From Candidatus Hydrogenedentota bacterium (lineage in GTDB: Bacteria > Hydrogenedentota > Hydrogenedentia > Hydrogenedentales > SLHB01): DNA of 64,000 nt. Location of the stretch: the NCBI GenBank assembly GCA_045863295.1, contig BTWA01000033.1, positions 1-64,000 on the forward strand. The letters run 5' to 3'. Positions within the stretch are counted from its first letter, which is position 1; each line of letters starts with the position of its first letter. Below are positions 47,985-57,928 of the stretch, one piece after another. Both the position numbers and the translations under genes were made by a program. Under the pieces are notes generated by a model that saw only the letters and a program-made list of their open reading frames with translations, was not told the origin of the DNA and did not search any database.

Positions 47985-49136
47985 ATGGGAAAGAAGAGTG
48001 CGGAACGGAAAGTGCGCTCGGTAGGCATATTGACCTCGGGCGGCGACTGCCCGGGTCTTAATGCGGTAATTCGAGCCGTTGGCAAGGCACTCATGCAGGA
48101 CGGCGTGGAGGTATTCGGTTTTCTCGAAGGGTTTAAAGGTCTAATCGAAAACCGTTACGTGCGGCTTACCGATGTCGACCTGAGCGGCCTTTTGATGCAG
48201 GGGGGCACGATCCTTCGCACGAGCCGGGTAAAACCGTACAAGGTGCCCGGTGCGGAGGGGTCGTATCGCGACATGACAGGCGCCGCCATTCAGACATATC
48301 AACGGCTGAATCTGGATTGCCTGGTTTGCCTGGGAGGCGGCGGCACGCAAAAGAACGCTTATCATCTCATGAAAGAAGGCGGGGTCAATGTGGTAACCGC
48401 GCCGAAGACCATCGACAACGATGTGTGGGGCACAGACATTTGTTTCGGCTTTGACACGGCGATGAGCACAGCGGCCGAGGCAATGGATCGATTGCACACG
48501 ACTGCGTCAAGTCACCATCGCGTGATGGTTTGCGACGTCATGGGGCACAATTCCGGCTGGCTGGCGTTGTATGCGGGCGTGGCGAGCGGCGCGGATGTAA
48601 TCCTAATTCCAGAGATACCCTATTCCATGGACGTTATCGCCCAGTATCTGCTGGATCGGATGCGCGAGGGCAAGCACTTCAGTATAGTGGCGGTTGCGGA
48701 GGGTGCCGTTTCTGGTGAGGAGGCAAAAAAGAAGGCGACCGCTTCAAAGATCGTGGAAGACCCAACCAAAAAAAAGAAAAAGAAAGACAAAAAAGACAAA
48801 ACCCAACACACCAAAGAACCGGTGAGCGCCATTCTGGCTGAGCATCTTGAACGTGTTACAGGTCTTGAAACTCGAATTACCTCGGTAGGGTACCTTCAGC
48901 GCGGTGGCGTGCCCACGCCAACCGATCGTTGGTTGTGTACGGCATTTGGCGTGAAGGCCGCGGAACTGGTCATTAAACGGGAATTCGGGATGATGGTATC
49001 TAAACAAGGCGAGTCGATCACCGGCGTTGACTTGAAGGATATCGTGGGCAAGAAACGGCTGGTACCGGTGGACCACCCGGTGCTGTTAGCCGCGCGCGCC
49101 GTAGGCACGTGCATGGGCGACACCTACGAGGAATAG
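47985..49136 (+). CDS. pfkA: 6-phosphofructokinase (PfkA family, group III-like)
   Basis: TSGGDCPGLN, GGTIL, PKTIDND, MGH, GYLQRGG. Confidence 0.93.
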   Translation: MGKKSAERKVRSVGILTSGGDCPGLNAVIRAVGKALMQDGVEVFGFLEGFKGLIENRYVRLTDVDLSGLLMQGGTILRTSRVKPYKVPGAEGSYRDMTGAAIQTYQRLNLDCLVCLGGGGTQKNAYHLMKEGGVNVVTAPKTIDNDVWGTDICFGFDTAMSTAAEAMDRLHTTASSHHRVMVCDVMGHNSGWLALYAGVASGADVILIPEIPYSMDVIAQYLLDRMREGKHFSIVAVAEGAVSGEEAKKKATASKIVEDPTKKKKKKDKKDKTQHTKEPVSAILAEHLERVTGLETRITSVGYLQRGGVPTPTDRWLCTAFGVKAAELVIKREFGMMVSKQGESITGVDLKDIVGKKRLVPVDHPVLLAARAVGTCMGDTYEE

Positions 49137-49139
49137 GCC

Positions 49140-49427
49140 ATGCCCTGTTTATTGATACTCATTTCGCTCATCGTGCCCCGCTTGACCCTTGTTGGCATGT
49201 GGTTGACCGGCTATTCGGCCCGTGCATTTGAATCGCACCTTTGGCCCCTCGCGGGTTTTTTATTGATGCCATATACGACGTGTGCCTATGCCGTCGGCAT
49301 GAATGAGAATGATGGTTTCAAGGGGTGGAGTCTGGCGTTGCTGATTGTCGGGGTTCTTTTCGATTTATCCAACCATGGCGGTACGGAGCGCGTGCGGCGT
49401 ACCCGATACAAAGTGGTCTACCGGTAA
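49140..49427 (+). CDS. small hypothetical membrane protein
   Basis: 95 aa with three hydrophobic segments (PRL, LMPYTT); begins 3 nt after the pfk stop. Confidence 0.75.
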   Translation: MPCLLILISLIVPRLTLVGMWLTGYSARAFESHLWPLAGFLLMPYTTCAYAVGMNENDGFKGWSLALLIVGVLFDLSNHGGTERVRRTRYKVVYR

Positions 49428-49452
49428 TTCGATTTTCAGGGAGCAGAACGAC

Positions 49453-50241
49453 GTGAGTGTTCCTGTGGCATTGGTAACGGGCGCGGGCCGTGGAATAGGG
49501 CGAGGCGTCGCCCTTGAGCTTGCGAGGCACGGTTTCGATATTGTGGGGTGCGCGACCAAAGCCGACCCCACAAACCTGGAATCGGGGTTGTTTGAAGTGA
49601 AGCCACTTGTGGAATCCATGGGGCGATCTTTCCACCCGGTTGCAGGCGACATTTCGCAGCGCGCGGATCACGCGGCGATGATTCAAAGTGCCATTGGCCG
49701 GTTCGGTGGGATCGACGTGCTCGTTAACAATGCGGGTGTGGCGCCTCTTGTAAGGGCGGACATCCTAGATACGGGAGAAGAAAGCTACGACCGGGTAATG
49801 GGAATTAATCTGAGAGGGCCGTTCTTCTTCACGCAGGCCGTGGCAAAACAGATGATTCATCAGCGTTTGGATGGACGCCCGCATGCGAACAGTATCGTAT
49901 TCATCACCAGCATCTCCTCGCACACGGCAAGTCCTAACCGGGTGGAGTACTGCATCAGCAAAGCCGGACTTAGTATGGCGGCACAGACGTTTGCCGTGCG
50001 GTTAGCGGAATTCGGCATCAATGTATACGACGTGCGACCTGGGGTCACCGCGACCGATATGACCGCGGCCGTGCAGGAGAAATACGACAAGCTGATTGCC
50101 GAAGGTCTTCTCCTGCAGCCGCGCTGGGGAACGCCTGAAGATGTGGGGCGCGCATGCGCGGCGTTGGCCTCGGGATACTTTGCGTATTCGACGGGGTCGG
50201 TCATCGAAGTTGGCGGCGGATTCAGCGTTCACCGGCTATAA
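49453..50241 (+). CDS. SDR oxidoreductase (3-ketoacyl-ACP reductase-like)
   Basis: TGAGRGIG, NNAG, YCISK. GTG start with GGGAG RBS. Confidence 0.92.
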   Translation: MSVPVALVTGAGRGIGRGVALELARHGFDIVGCATKADPTNLESGLFEVKPLVESMGRSFHPVAGDISQRADHAAMIQSAIGRFGGIDVLVNNAGVAPLVRADILDTGEESYDRVMGINLRGPFFFTQAVAKQMIHQRLDGRPHANSIVFITSISSHTASPNRVEYCISKAGLSMAAQTFAVRLAEFGINVYDVRPGVTATDMTAAVQEKYDKLIAEGLLLQPRWGTPEDVGRACAALASGYFAYSTGSVIEVGGGFSVHRL

Positions 50242-50724
50242 GGGCAGCGACGAGTCCAATTGCAGGGACATCTTGTACCGGTCAAAAGCGACGCCATTAC
50301 GGATGACTGTTTCTTCTTCATCCACCGTAAAGCCAAATCGTCCGAAGAGCTCATGACTGAACTTACTTGCTTCCGTATACAACCGAGGCATGCGGTTGAA
50401 TCGCGCATACTCCATAACGGCCTCCAACAGTTTCGACCCGACGCCCATGCGCGTGCAGTCGCCGTGGACGTACAACGAAACGACATGCCCATCGGAGGCA
50501 ATACCGGAAAACCCGGCAATCCTTCCGTCGAGTTCGGCGACTATCGTATAACAGCCGAAAACGAAATCATGAAATGCGGCGTGGTCTTTGGAATACATTG
50601 CCCAAGCTTCGATTTGATCGGAGGAATACCTGTCGGGACCCAATTTCCGAACTGTGTGGCCGTACACATGCGAGAGCGCGTCGTAGTCCTGTTCCGTGAC
50701 AGGTCGAATAGCAATTTGCGCCAT
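50236..50724 (-). CDS. GNAT acetyltransferase
   Basis: LYV..RMGVGSKLL acetyl-CoA motif, EAS..F.RFGF. Confidence 0.88.
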   Translation of the reverse strand: MAQIAIRPVTEQDYDALSHVYGHTVRKLGPDRYSSDQIEAWAMYSKDHAAFHDFVFGCYTIVAELDGRIAGFSGIASDGHVVSLYVHGDCTRMGVGSKLLEAVMEYARFNRMPRLYTEASKFSHELFGRFGFTVDEEETVIRNGVAFDRYKMSLQLDSSLPL

Positions 50725-52767
50725 TTACAGATATCCAATGGACTCAAGGGCCTTTTGGGCCTCGGGAGACAGTGGCTGTGAAGTGCCCGGAACCAGAGGC
50801 AGCCCCATGCCATTTCGCTTGTCGTCTGCGCGGCGGCGCTTCTCATCGATAATGACTGCGGCAGCGGCTGACTTCTCATGCTGATCGTTACTCACGTCGA
50901 TCTTCTCTCCGGGATCGGCCGCGCGATCAAATAACTTCTTCTGTCCATCCACAAAGGTGAGCACATATTTCATTCCATCAAACACGAGCGATTCTCCGTC
51001 GAAGTAATAGAGTAGGCCTGTGGAATAGATGGGCGCCAGCGGTGTAGGCCCCTCTTCCCAAAGTGGGCGTAGCGACGCGGCGTCGAACTCGGACGGATCG
51101 GTGCCAAGTGCCGCGATGTCAGCAATGGTGGCCGCAATGGCCATGGTCGTAACCGGATGTACTATTGTTTTTGCGGTTGATTTTCCGGGAAGCTTGACCA
51201 GAAGAGGCACGTGCAACAATTCATTGTATAACGTATGGCCATGTTCGAAGCCGCTGTGCTCCCAAAACTCCTCGCCGTGATCGCTGGTCATGATGATTAA
51301 TGCATCGTCGTATATACCTTGGCTCTTGAGGTGGTCAATGAAACGCCCGAGTTCTTGATCCACGTAGCGCACCTCGGCGTTGTACAGCTCGCGAATCCAC
51401 TGCTGTTCCTTCGACGTGGGCACATAGATGCCCATACGAATCCGGTGGAGATCGTCGATGCTAAGCACGTCCTTCGTCAAGCTGTCTGCCGGGGGTTGGC
51501 CGTTCACAAATTGTGCCGGTGGGTGGTATGGCAGATGCGGGTCGAATATATGGAGCCACAGGAACGTGGGAACATCTTTGAATCCGGCCGTTCGCTCGAT
51601 GGCCACGTCGACAAGGCTGGTTGTCGAGAACTCGCCGGTACCCTGCCTGCTCAGGCTGGATCGCAACAGCCATCCCCATGAACCGCCTCCGGAGGAATCG
51701 GAAAACCATTCGTAGCGGGCAATGCCCTGTTGGATGTTGGAATGCAGTCCCAGTACGGGATTCTTCCCGACTGCTGCCGTGTTGTACCCTGCATCGCGCA
51801 TTCGTTCCGCAATGAGGGTGAGTTCGTTGGGCACCGTGCTGAAGCGTTTTATCGTGTGATGAACCAGGGGGGATACTCCCGAAAACAGGGAGGTGATCGC
51901 GGGTAGCGTCCATGGGGCCGGCGAAATTGCATCGGTAAACACCACCGAATCCGCGGCCAGCGCATCCATGTGAGGCGTTTGAACTGCACTTGATCCCGTA
52001 TATGAGGGAACATCGCCGCGAAGTGTATCCACCACGATTAAGAAGACATGTTTGGGACCGGGGGTCTCTCCCTGTATTGGAGGGGAGTGCGGCACATAAC
52101 CGTAGTGGATTGCGAGGGGGGCAAACACAAGCCCTGCCCATCCGGCGAGGAAAGCAATTCGGTCAATCTTGATGGCTGCGCAAATTGCAGCCGCGACAAC
52201 GGACATGCCGAGTGCGGCCGCCAGCATTTGCGTGTGCAGCGCGAACGAAATATCAAACGCTTCGTACATTCCCGCGGCCCAATTCCAGGCCGTCAACCAG
52301 TTGGCAGACGTGGCGGCCAGCGCCATTGCGGCACGCAACCAACGTCCATTGCGTGTAGTCTCGCTTAGCCGGGCCGCACCCAAAGCAGCCAATGCACCGC
52401 ACGCAACCGCAAAGGGGATTCCCACGCAAAGCCGCATGACCGGGCGGCCAACTTCTTCCACAAGGTGACGCGGTTCGGCTATTGCAAGAAAGACAATGCC
52501 TGAAGCGCACACGCCAAGGGCAAGCGCCCACCCATCGGGCTTGCGTCCGGCCAGTCGCAGAATCGTGCCTGTGAGCAGAATCAATCCGGTTACAGCTATG
52601 GACGTTGCGGCCATGCTTTGCAGGATGGCGATAGGGTCCACAAACGACTCACGGTCTCGCAGGTAGGCAATAAGTATATCCAATCCCGCAAGTGTAACGG
52701 CCGCCCATGCTGCCGTTCCTAAAACTGCCAGACGGCCCCCTTGCGGGCGAGATTCGTATATGTGCAT
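50725..52767 (-). CDS. membrane-anchored sulfatase/alkaline-phosphatase-superfamily protein
   Basis: Multi-TM N-terminus; VDTLRGD, WTLPA, DPHLPY, SDHGEE. Confidence 0.88.
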   Translation of the reverse strand: MHIYESRPQGGRLAVLGTAAWAAVTLAGLDILIAYLRDRESFVDPIAILQSMAATSIAVTGLILLTGTILRLAGRKPDGWALALGVCASGIVFLAIAEPRHLVEEVGRPVMRLCVGIPFAVACGALAALGAARLSETTRNGRWLRAAMALAATSANWLTAWNWAAGMYEAFDISFALHTQMLAAALGMSVVAAAICAAIKIDRIAFLAGWAGLVFAPLAIHYGYVPHSPPIQGETPGPKHVFLIVVDTLRGDVPSYTGSSAVQTPHMDALAADSVVFTDAISPAPWTLPAITSLFSGVSPLVHHTIKRFSTVPNELTLIAERMRDAGYNTAAVGKNPVLGLHSNIQQGIARYEWFSDSSGGGSWGWLLRSSLSRQGTGEFSTTSLVDVAIERTAGFKDVPTFLWLHIFDPHLPYHPPAQFVNGQPPADSLTKDVLSIDDLHRIRMGIYVPTSKEQQWIRELYNAEVRYVDQELGRFIDHLKSQGIYDDALIIMTSDHGEEFWEHSGFEHGHTLYNELLHVPLLVKLPGKSTAKTIVHPVTTMAIAATIADIAALGTDPSEFDAASLRPLWEEGPTPLAPIYSTGLLYYFDGESLVFDGMKYVLTFVDGQKKLFDRAADPGEKIDVSNDQHEKSAAAAVIIDEKRRRADDKRNGMGLPLVPGTSQPLSPEAQKALESIGYL

Positions 52768-52917
52768 TCATTCCTCGCGTGAGACAAACGATGGGCTCGA
52801 TGAAGAGCGTTCAACCGGGCATTGCCACAGCAGCTTGACCTGTCATGGAGCATAGCGATCCGCGTGAGGGGATATCAATCGGAGGCGCCGGTATTCACGC
52901 AACGAACCGGCATCACG

Positions 52918-52946
52918 TTGACTTTGTACGGGACGCTCCGTAAGAT
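52918..52946 (+). promoter_or_regulatory. sigma70-type promoter of glyQS
   Basis: TTGACT, 17 nt, TAAGAT. Confidence 0.65.
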
Positions 52947-53046
52947 CATGGGTTTTCGCGCACAGGTGGCAATGGTCGCGAATGCGAGAGTATTTCACCA
53001 GGGCAACGGGGTGCCGGGTTGACCCGCAATTCCACAAAGGGTTCCG

Positions 53047-56000
53047 ATGTATTTTCAGGATGTGCTGCAGACACTGAATCGATTCTGGTCCGAAAAGGGC
53101 TGCATGTTGTGGCAACCGTACCACACGGAAGTTGGCGCAGGAACGTCCAATCCGGCCACCTTTCTTCGCGTGTTGGGACCGGAGCCCTGGTGGGTGTCCT
53201 ACATGGAACCCAGCATGCGCCCCGCGGACGGACGGTATGCGGAAAACCCGAACCGGATGCAGCATTACTTTCAGTATCAGGTTATTCTCAAGCCATCGCC
53301 TCCGAACGTTCAGGAGCTGTTTCTGCAATCCATGGAGGCGCTTGGGCTCGATCTTACGATGCACGATTTCCGGTTTGTTGAGGACAACTGGCAAAGCCCA
53401 TCGCTGGGCGCGTGGGGCTTGGGTTGGGAATCCTGGCTGGACGGCATGGAGGTATTGCAGTTTACGTATTTTCAGGAATGTGGCGGGGTGAAACTCGACG
53501 TACGGGCCTGCGAACTTACGTATGGCGTGGAGCGCATCTGCATGTACTTGCAGGGCGTGGAAAGCGTCTACGATTTGAAGTGGGCTCCGGGGGGCGTCAC
53601 CTACGGGGATATTTACAAGCCTTCGGAGATTGAGTTCTGCAAGTATAACTTTGAATCCGCCGACACCGGGAAACTGCTTACGGTATTTGACATCTGGGAA
53701 AACGAAGGGCTCCGGCTTATCGGCGAGGGGCTCGTGTTGCCTGCTTACGATCACTGTCTCCGGTTATCCCATCTGTTCAATGTACTGGACGCGCGCGGCG
53801 CGTTTTCGGTCACAGAGCGCGGACGATTTCTGCTCCGGTGCCGAACCCTTAGCGAACAGTGCGCCAAGGCATTTGCCGCACAACGATCCGATCTGGGCTA
53901 TCCGCTGTTGAAGTATCCCCTCCCCTGTTCGCTGGAGTCGCAACGCCCGGATTATGGAAAAACGCAGTACCGCGATCGGGACACTCTGTTGCTTGAGATT
54001 GGCGTCGAAGAGTTGCCGCACAAAGACATTACCGCCGTGCGCGAGCAGGCGCTGCCACTATTCAAGAAGCTGTTCGAACAGAAGGGCATTGAGCACGGTG
54101 ATATCCGGCTACTGGTGAGCCCGCGTCGAATTGCATTTCTGGTGGATTCGGTTCCTGCACGGCAGCCGGATATTGAAAAAGAAGCTCGGGGTCCGAAGAA
54201 GGCCCAAGCCGTAACCGCGCAAGGTGAGTGGACCATCGCGGCGCAGAAATTTGCCGAAGGCCAGGGCGGAACCGTTGCCGACATCTATTTTGCCACACAA
54301 GGGAGCGATGAATATTGCTTTGTGAAAGTCTCGCAGAAGGGAAAAGCGCTGCCGGATCTGTTGGCTACGGTGGTAGATGACTTCCTGAAGCAGATCCGTT
54401 TTGATAAGACCATGGGTTGGGAAGATTCTACCGTTTCGTTCTCGCGGCCGGTGCGTTGGATTGTCGCGCTGCATGGCGAAAACGTGGTGCCTGTGTCTTG
54501 GCAAATGGCACAGGAATCACCGCTGGGCGGCGAACGAGTCCTGCATTCAGGCCGCGTCACGTACGGTCATCGACGCTTGGGCAGCCGTCAGGCGGAGGTT
54601 GCGTCGGCGAACGCCTATGTCGAGACTCTGCGCGAAGGCTTTGTGTTGGTGGATCGAGAAGAGCGCATGGAACAGTTGCGCAGCCGGGTTTTGGCGCTTG
54701 CCAATTCCGAAGGCCTAACCGCTGATGACGATACGTCCTTGTACGAGGAAATCTGTGACTTGGGCGAGTGGCCGGAACCGATCCTCGGCGAAATCCCTCA
54801 TGAGGCGCTGGAGTTGCCGGAATCAATCATCATCACGCCGATGAAGGTGCATCAGCGCTACATACCGCTTCGCAAACCGGATGGCACACTCAGTCCACTC
54901 TTTATTTGTGTAGCGAACGGCGAACACAGCGACGCGGGCCGCCATGTGATCAAGTCCGGCAATGAGCGAGTGCTCAACGCGCGGCTGCGCGATGCCAAAT
55001 ACTTCTGGGACACAGATACCAAGAAGCCGCTGCGGGAATTTGCCGCCGGTCTTGGCAATTTGCTGTTCCATCAGAAACTGGGCACGGTGGCCGACAAAAT
55101 CGCGCGTCTGAAGCGGCTGTATGAGCACGTCAGCGCCATGTTGCCCAAAGTCGAAGGGTGGGCCTTCTCAGAAACACTCGACCTTATGAAAGCCGACCTG
55201 ACTACGCAGATGGTGTTTGAATTCGACTCGCTCGAGGGCGAGGTCGGCATGTTGTATGCGCGGAAGGAAGGACTTCCGGACGATATTGCGGCGGCCATCT
55301 TCGAACACCGGTTACCCCGATTCGCAGGCGATAGTCTTCCCTCAGGACCATTGGGATTTGCGGCCGGATTGCTGGACCGTGTAGATACACTGGCCGGATA
55401 TTTTGGCATTGGCATCCGCCCCAAAGGATCCAGCGACCCCTTTGGGCTTCGCCGGAACGCGCTATCGCTTATCGCGCTGTGCAGGGGCGCCGAGCGCGTG
55501 ATCGACCTTGAAGTGTTTTTCAAGGCGGCCTTGGCGAATTACGGCGGCGTTGCGGACCAAAGCGACGACACGCTGAGGGCCATCCTCGAATTCATTGCCG
55601 ATCGCCAGACCGTAGCCTTGCGTGACGAAGGCAGGCCCTATGATTTGGTACAGGCCGCCGTAGCCGCGCATGGCCGCCGCCCGATATTGGCTGTCCAGTG
55701 TGCGGACGCGCTTTCCGCACTGCCCGCAGACGCGTTGCAGGAATTGGCCGAGCAGGCCAAACGCATGCAGCGAATTGTCAAGGAACCGGCGGAATCGGTT
55801 AACAAGTCAATGTTGGACAAATCCGAAGCAGGGTTGTACGCGTTGTTGACGAAAGACGTCCCTGCAGTGGCTGCCCTTATGGAGAAGCAGGATTTTGCGA
55901 AAGCCGTTCAAACCGTACTCGCGTGGACGCCGGCAATCGCGGCCTATTTTGTGGATGTCATGGTCAATGACAAGGATGTCGCCATCCGTCAAAACCGTCA

Positions 56001-56073
56001 CGCGCTAATCAAGGGCGTGTTCGACGGGTTATCCGCAGTAGCCGATTTCACGCGTATCGAAAAGCGAAAATGA
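53047..56073 (+). CDS. glyQS: glycine--tRNA ligase, fused alpha+beta subunits
   Basis: Alpha motifs (EVGAGT, ENPNR, GWESW, ELTYGVER) in frame with beta motifs (LLEIGVEELP, FSRPVRW, GNERVL, SDPFGLRR). Confidence 0.96.
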   Translation: MYFQDVLQTLNRFWSEKGCMLWQPYHTEVGAGTSNPATFLRVLGPEPWWVSYMEPSMRPADGRYAENPNRMQHYFQYQVILKPSPPNVQELFLQSMEALGLDLTMHDFRFVEDNWQSPSLGAWGLGWESWLDGMEVLQFTYFQECGGVKLDVRACELTYGVERICMYLQGVESVYDLKWAPGGVTYGDIYKPSEIEFCKYNFESADTGKLLTVFDIWENEGLRLIGEGLVLPAYDHCLRLSHLFNVLDARGAFSVTERGRFLLRCRTLSEQCAKAFAAQRSDLGYPLLKYPLPCSLESQRPDYGKTQYRDRDTLLLEIGVEELPHKDITAVREQALPLFKKLFEQKGIEHGDIRLLVSPRRIAFLVDSVPARQPDIEKEARGPKKAQAVTAQGEWTIAAQKFAEGQGGTVADIYFATQGSDEYCFVKVSQKGKALPDLLATVVDDFLKQIRFDKTMGWEDSTVSFSRPVRWIVALHGENVVPVSWQMAQESPLGGERVLHSGRVTYGHRRLGSRQAEVASANAYVETLREGFVLVDREERMEQLRSRVLALANSEGLTADDDTSLYEEICDLGEWPEPILGEIPHEALELPESIIITPMKVHQRYIPLRKPDGTLSPLFICVANGEHSDAGRHVIKSGNERVLNARLRDAKYFWDTDTKKPLREFAAGLGNLLFHQKLGTVADKIARLKRLYEHVSAMLPKVEGWAFSETLDLMKADLTTQMVFEFDSLEGEVGMLYARKEGLPDDIAAAIFEHRLPRFAGDSLPSGPLGFAAGLLDRVDTLAGYFGIGIRPKGSSDPFGLRRNALSLIALCRGAERVIDLEVFFKAALANYGGVADQSDDTLRAILEFIADRQTVALRDEGRPYDLVQAAVAAHGRRPILAVQCADALSALPADALQELAEQAKRMQRIVKEPAESVNKSMLDKSEAGLYALLTKDVPAVAALMEKQDFAKAVQTVLAWTPAIAAYFVDVMVNDKDVAIRQNRHALIKGVFDGLSAVADFTRIEKRK

Positions 56074-56825
56074 CGGGTGCGGCCCGCATGAACATCGATT
56101 ACGACAGGGTTTCCGAGTCGTACGACGTTCATCGCACAGGCGCCGGACCTTATCTGGATGTCTTGGTGGAAATTGCGGCGGCGTCGGGTTCCCAAGTGGT
56201 CCTGGAAGCCGGCGCAGGCACCGGGTCGGTTGCAGCCGCGTTCGAGCGCCGTCATCCTTGCCGTATGCTGGCTCTGGATCGGTCGAAGGGCATGTGCCGC
56301 CGGAATCGAGTAAAGCATCCACACTTGCCGATTGTCATTGCCGATGCATGTACCCTTCCAATGCGCGATGCAAGTGTGGACATGATATACAGTGTATTCA
56401 TGCTACATCATCTCAGCGATTTGACGCCTTTTTTTTCGGAGTGTACTCGCGTGTTGCGGCGAGGCGCGCTGGCGGTAGTCACAAGCCCCTACTCGTTTCT
56501 CGAATCACACCCCATGAATCATTACTTTCCAAGTTTTGCGCGGGTTGACAAGGCCCGCTTTCAGTCCGAGGAGTCTGTCCATGCCGCTTTTTCGGCCGCC
56601 GGGTTTCAAAGACTGAAAGGCATCATAGTCAAATCCGAACCCTGTCCGATTGATAAGGCTTACGTGAATAAAGTAGCGGACAAGTTCATTTCGACCTATG
56701 CGTTACTACCGGCAGGGGAGTTTGAACGTGGACTTGCCGATCTTCGCCGCGACGTGGAAGCGCGCGGTTGTCTGGAACCACTTTTGGAATGGGAGGCTCT
56801 TGTCGTTTGGGGCGTACGGCCGTGA
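56070..56825 (+). CDS. class I SAM-dependent methyltransferase
   Basis: VLEAGAGTG, ADA..LP, LHH, RVLR.G. Confidence 0.9.
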   Translation: MTGAARMNIDYDRVSESYDVHRTGAGPYLDVLVEIAAASGSQVVLEAGAGTGSVAAAFERRHPCRMLALDRSKGMCRRNRVKHPHLPIVIADACTLPMRDASVDMIYSVFMLHHLSDLTPFFSECTRVLRRGALAVVTSPYSFLESHPMNHYFPSFARVDKARFQSEESVHAAFSAAGFQRLKGIIVKSEPCPIDKAYVNKVADKFISTYALLPAGEFERGLADLRRDVEARGCLEPLLEWEALVVWGVRP

Positions 56826-57928
56826 AAGACCGGTCGTACAAGAAACGCAAGCGCATCCGGAACAAACGGTGGGATGAATCGACGACGGACACGGTCACAC
56901 GGGAATCGCGTTCAAAGCGCGAAGATTCCGACGATACCTTGCCGGATATCGACATCGACGCAATATTCACTGCCTGCGAAACCAACGCGCTTGTGATTTC
57001 GCCATATGGATTGCTTGCATTTGTCGAACGCAACGGCGAAGAACAACTTTGCCGAGTAGATGATCGCCTGACCGACGGCAGGCGATCCATCCTTGCTCCG
57101 GGCGACCTCGTTTGCGTCGTGGAGCGGGGCGACGAATCGTTTGTCGAGGCTGTCAGGACACGCACGAGTAAGATTAGCCGTCCTTACGGGAGCGGGGGAC
57201 GTGAAAAGACCTTGGCGGCCAACATTGACACGGCCGTGATCGTGGCCGCAGCCGCCGAGCCGGCATTCCGGCCGGGCTTGGTCGATCGATACTTAATTGC
57301 CTCGGCAATAGGGGGTGTCCAGCCGGTATTGTGTGTGAACAAAATGGATCTCGTGGATATAGAACCGCCGGAAGTCGGGATCTACCGGGAATTGGGCATT
57401 GAAGTTGTAAATACCTGCTGCAAGTCAGGAATGGGACTCGACACGCTTCGAACTACACTCTTCGGCAAGACCGTTGTGTTGACGGGTCACAGTGGAGTCG
57501 GAAAATCCTCGTTGTTAAATGCACTTGATCCCGCGCTGGAAATCGAGACCCAGGATGTCAGCCGTCATACTCAAAAAGGCCGTCACACGACCACTTCTTC
57601 CCGGTTGTATTCTCTCAATTCCACGACACGCATTATCGATACGCCCGGCATTCGGCAAATGGGTTTGTGGAACGTGGAGCCGGAACAGGTGAATCGCTAC
57701 TTCCACGAAATTGCGGAGGCGGGCGTAGCCTGCAAATTCCGCGACTGTACCCACACGCATGAACCTGCATGCGCGGTCAGAGAGGCGGTGGCATCCGGAG
57801 CCGTGACAGACGCCCGATACCGATCATACCTTCGCATTCGCGAAAGCCTGATGAAGGACGATTCCAATCGCACGGGCACAATCGACTCTCAATTTCGCAT
57901 GCCGGGGCCGAGGTCGACCGGGGCGTAA
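56822..57928 (+). CDS. rsgA: ribosome small subunit-dependent GTPase
   Basis: NKMDL, GHSGVGKSS, GRHTT, DTPG and the Zn finger CKFRDCTH..EP.C. Confidence 0.96.
   Translation: MKDRSYKKRKRIRNKRWDESTTDTVTRESRSKREDSDDTLPDIDIDAIFTACETNALVISPYGLLAFVERNGEEQLCRVDDRLTDGRRSILAPGDLVCVVERGDESFVEAVRTRTSKISRPYGSGGREKTLAANIDTAVIVAAAAEPAFRPGLVDRYLIASAIGGVQPVLCVNKMDLVDIEPPEVGIYRELGIEVVNTCCKSGMGLDTLRTTLFGKTVVLTGHSGVGKSSLLNALDPALEIETQDVSRHTQKGRHTTTSSRLYSLNSTTRIIDTPGIRQMGLWNVEPEQVNRYFHEIAEAGVACKFRDCTHTHEPACAVREAVASGAVTDARYRSYLRIRESLMKDDSNRTGTIDSQFRMPGPRSTGA

Noticed and set aside
52947..53046. T-box riboswitch upstream of glyQS
   Set aside because: The leader is only about 95 nt and lacks the T-box consensus and a terminator.
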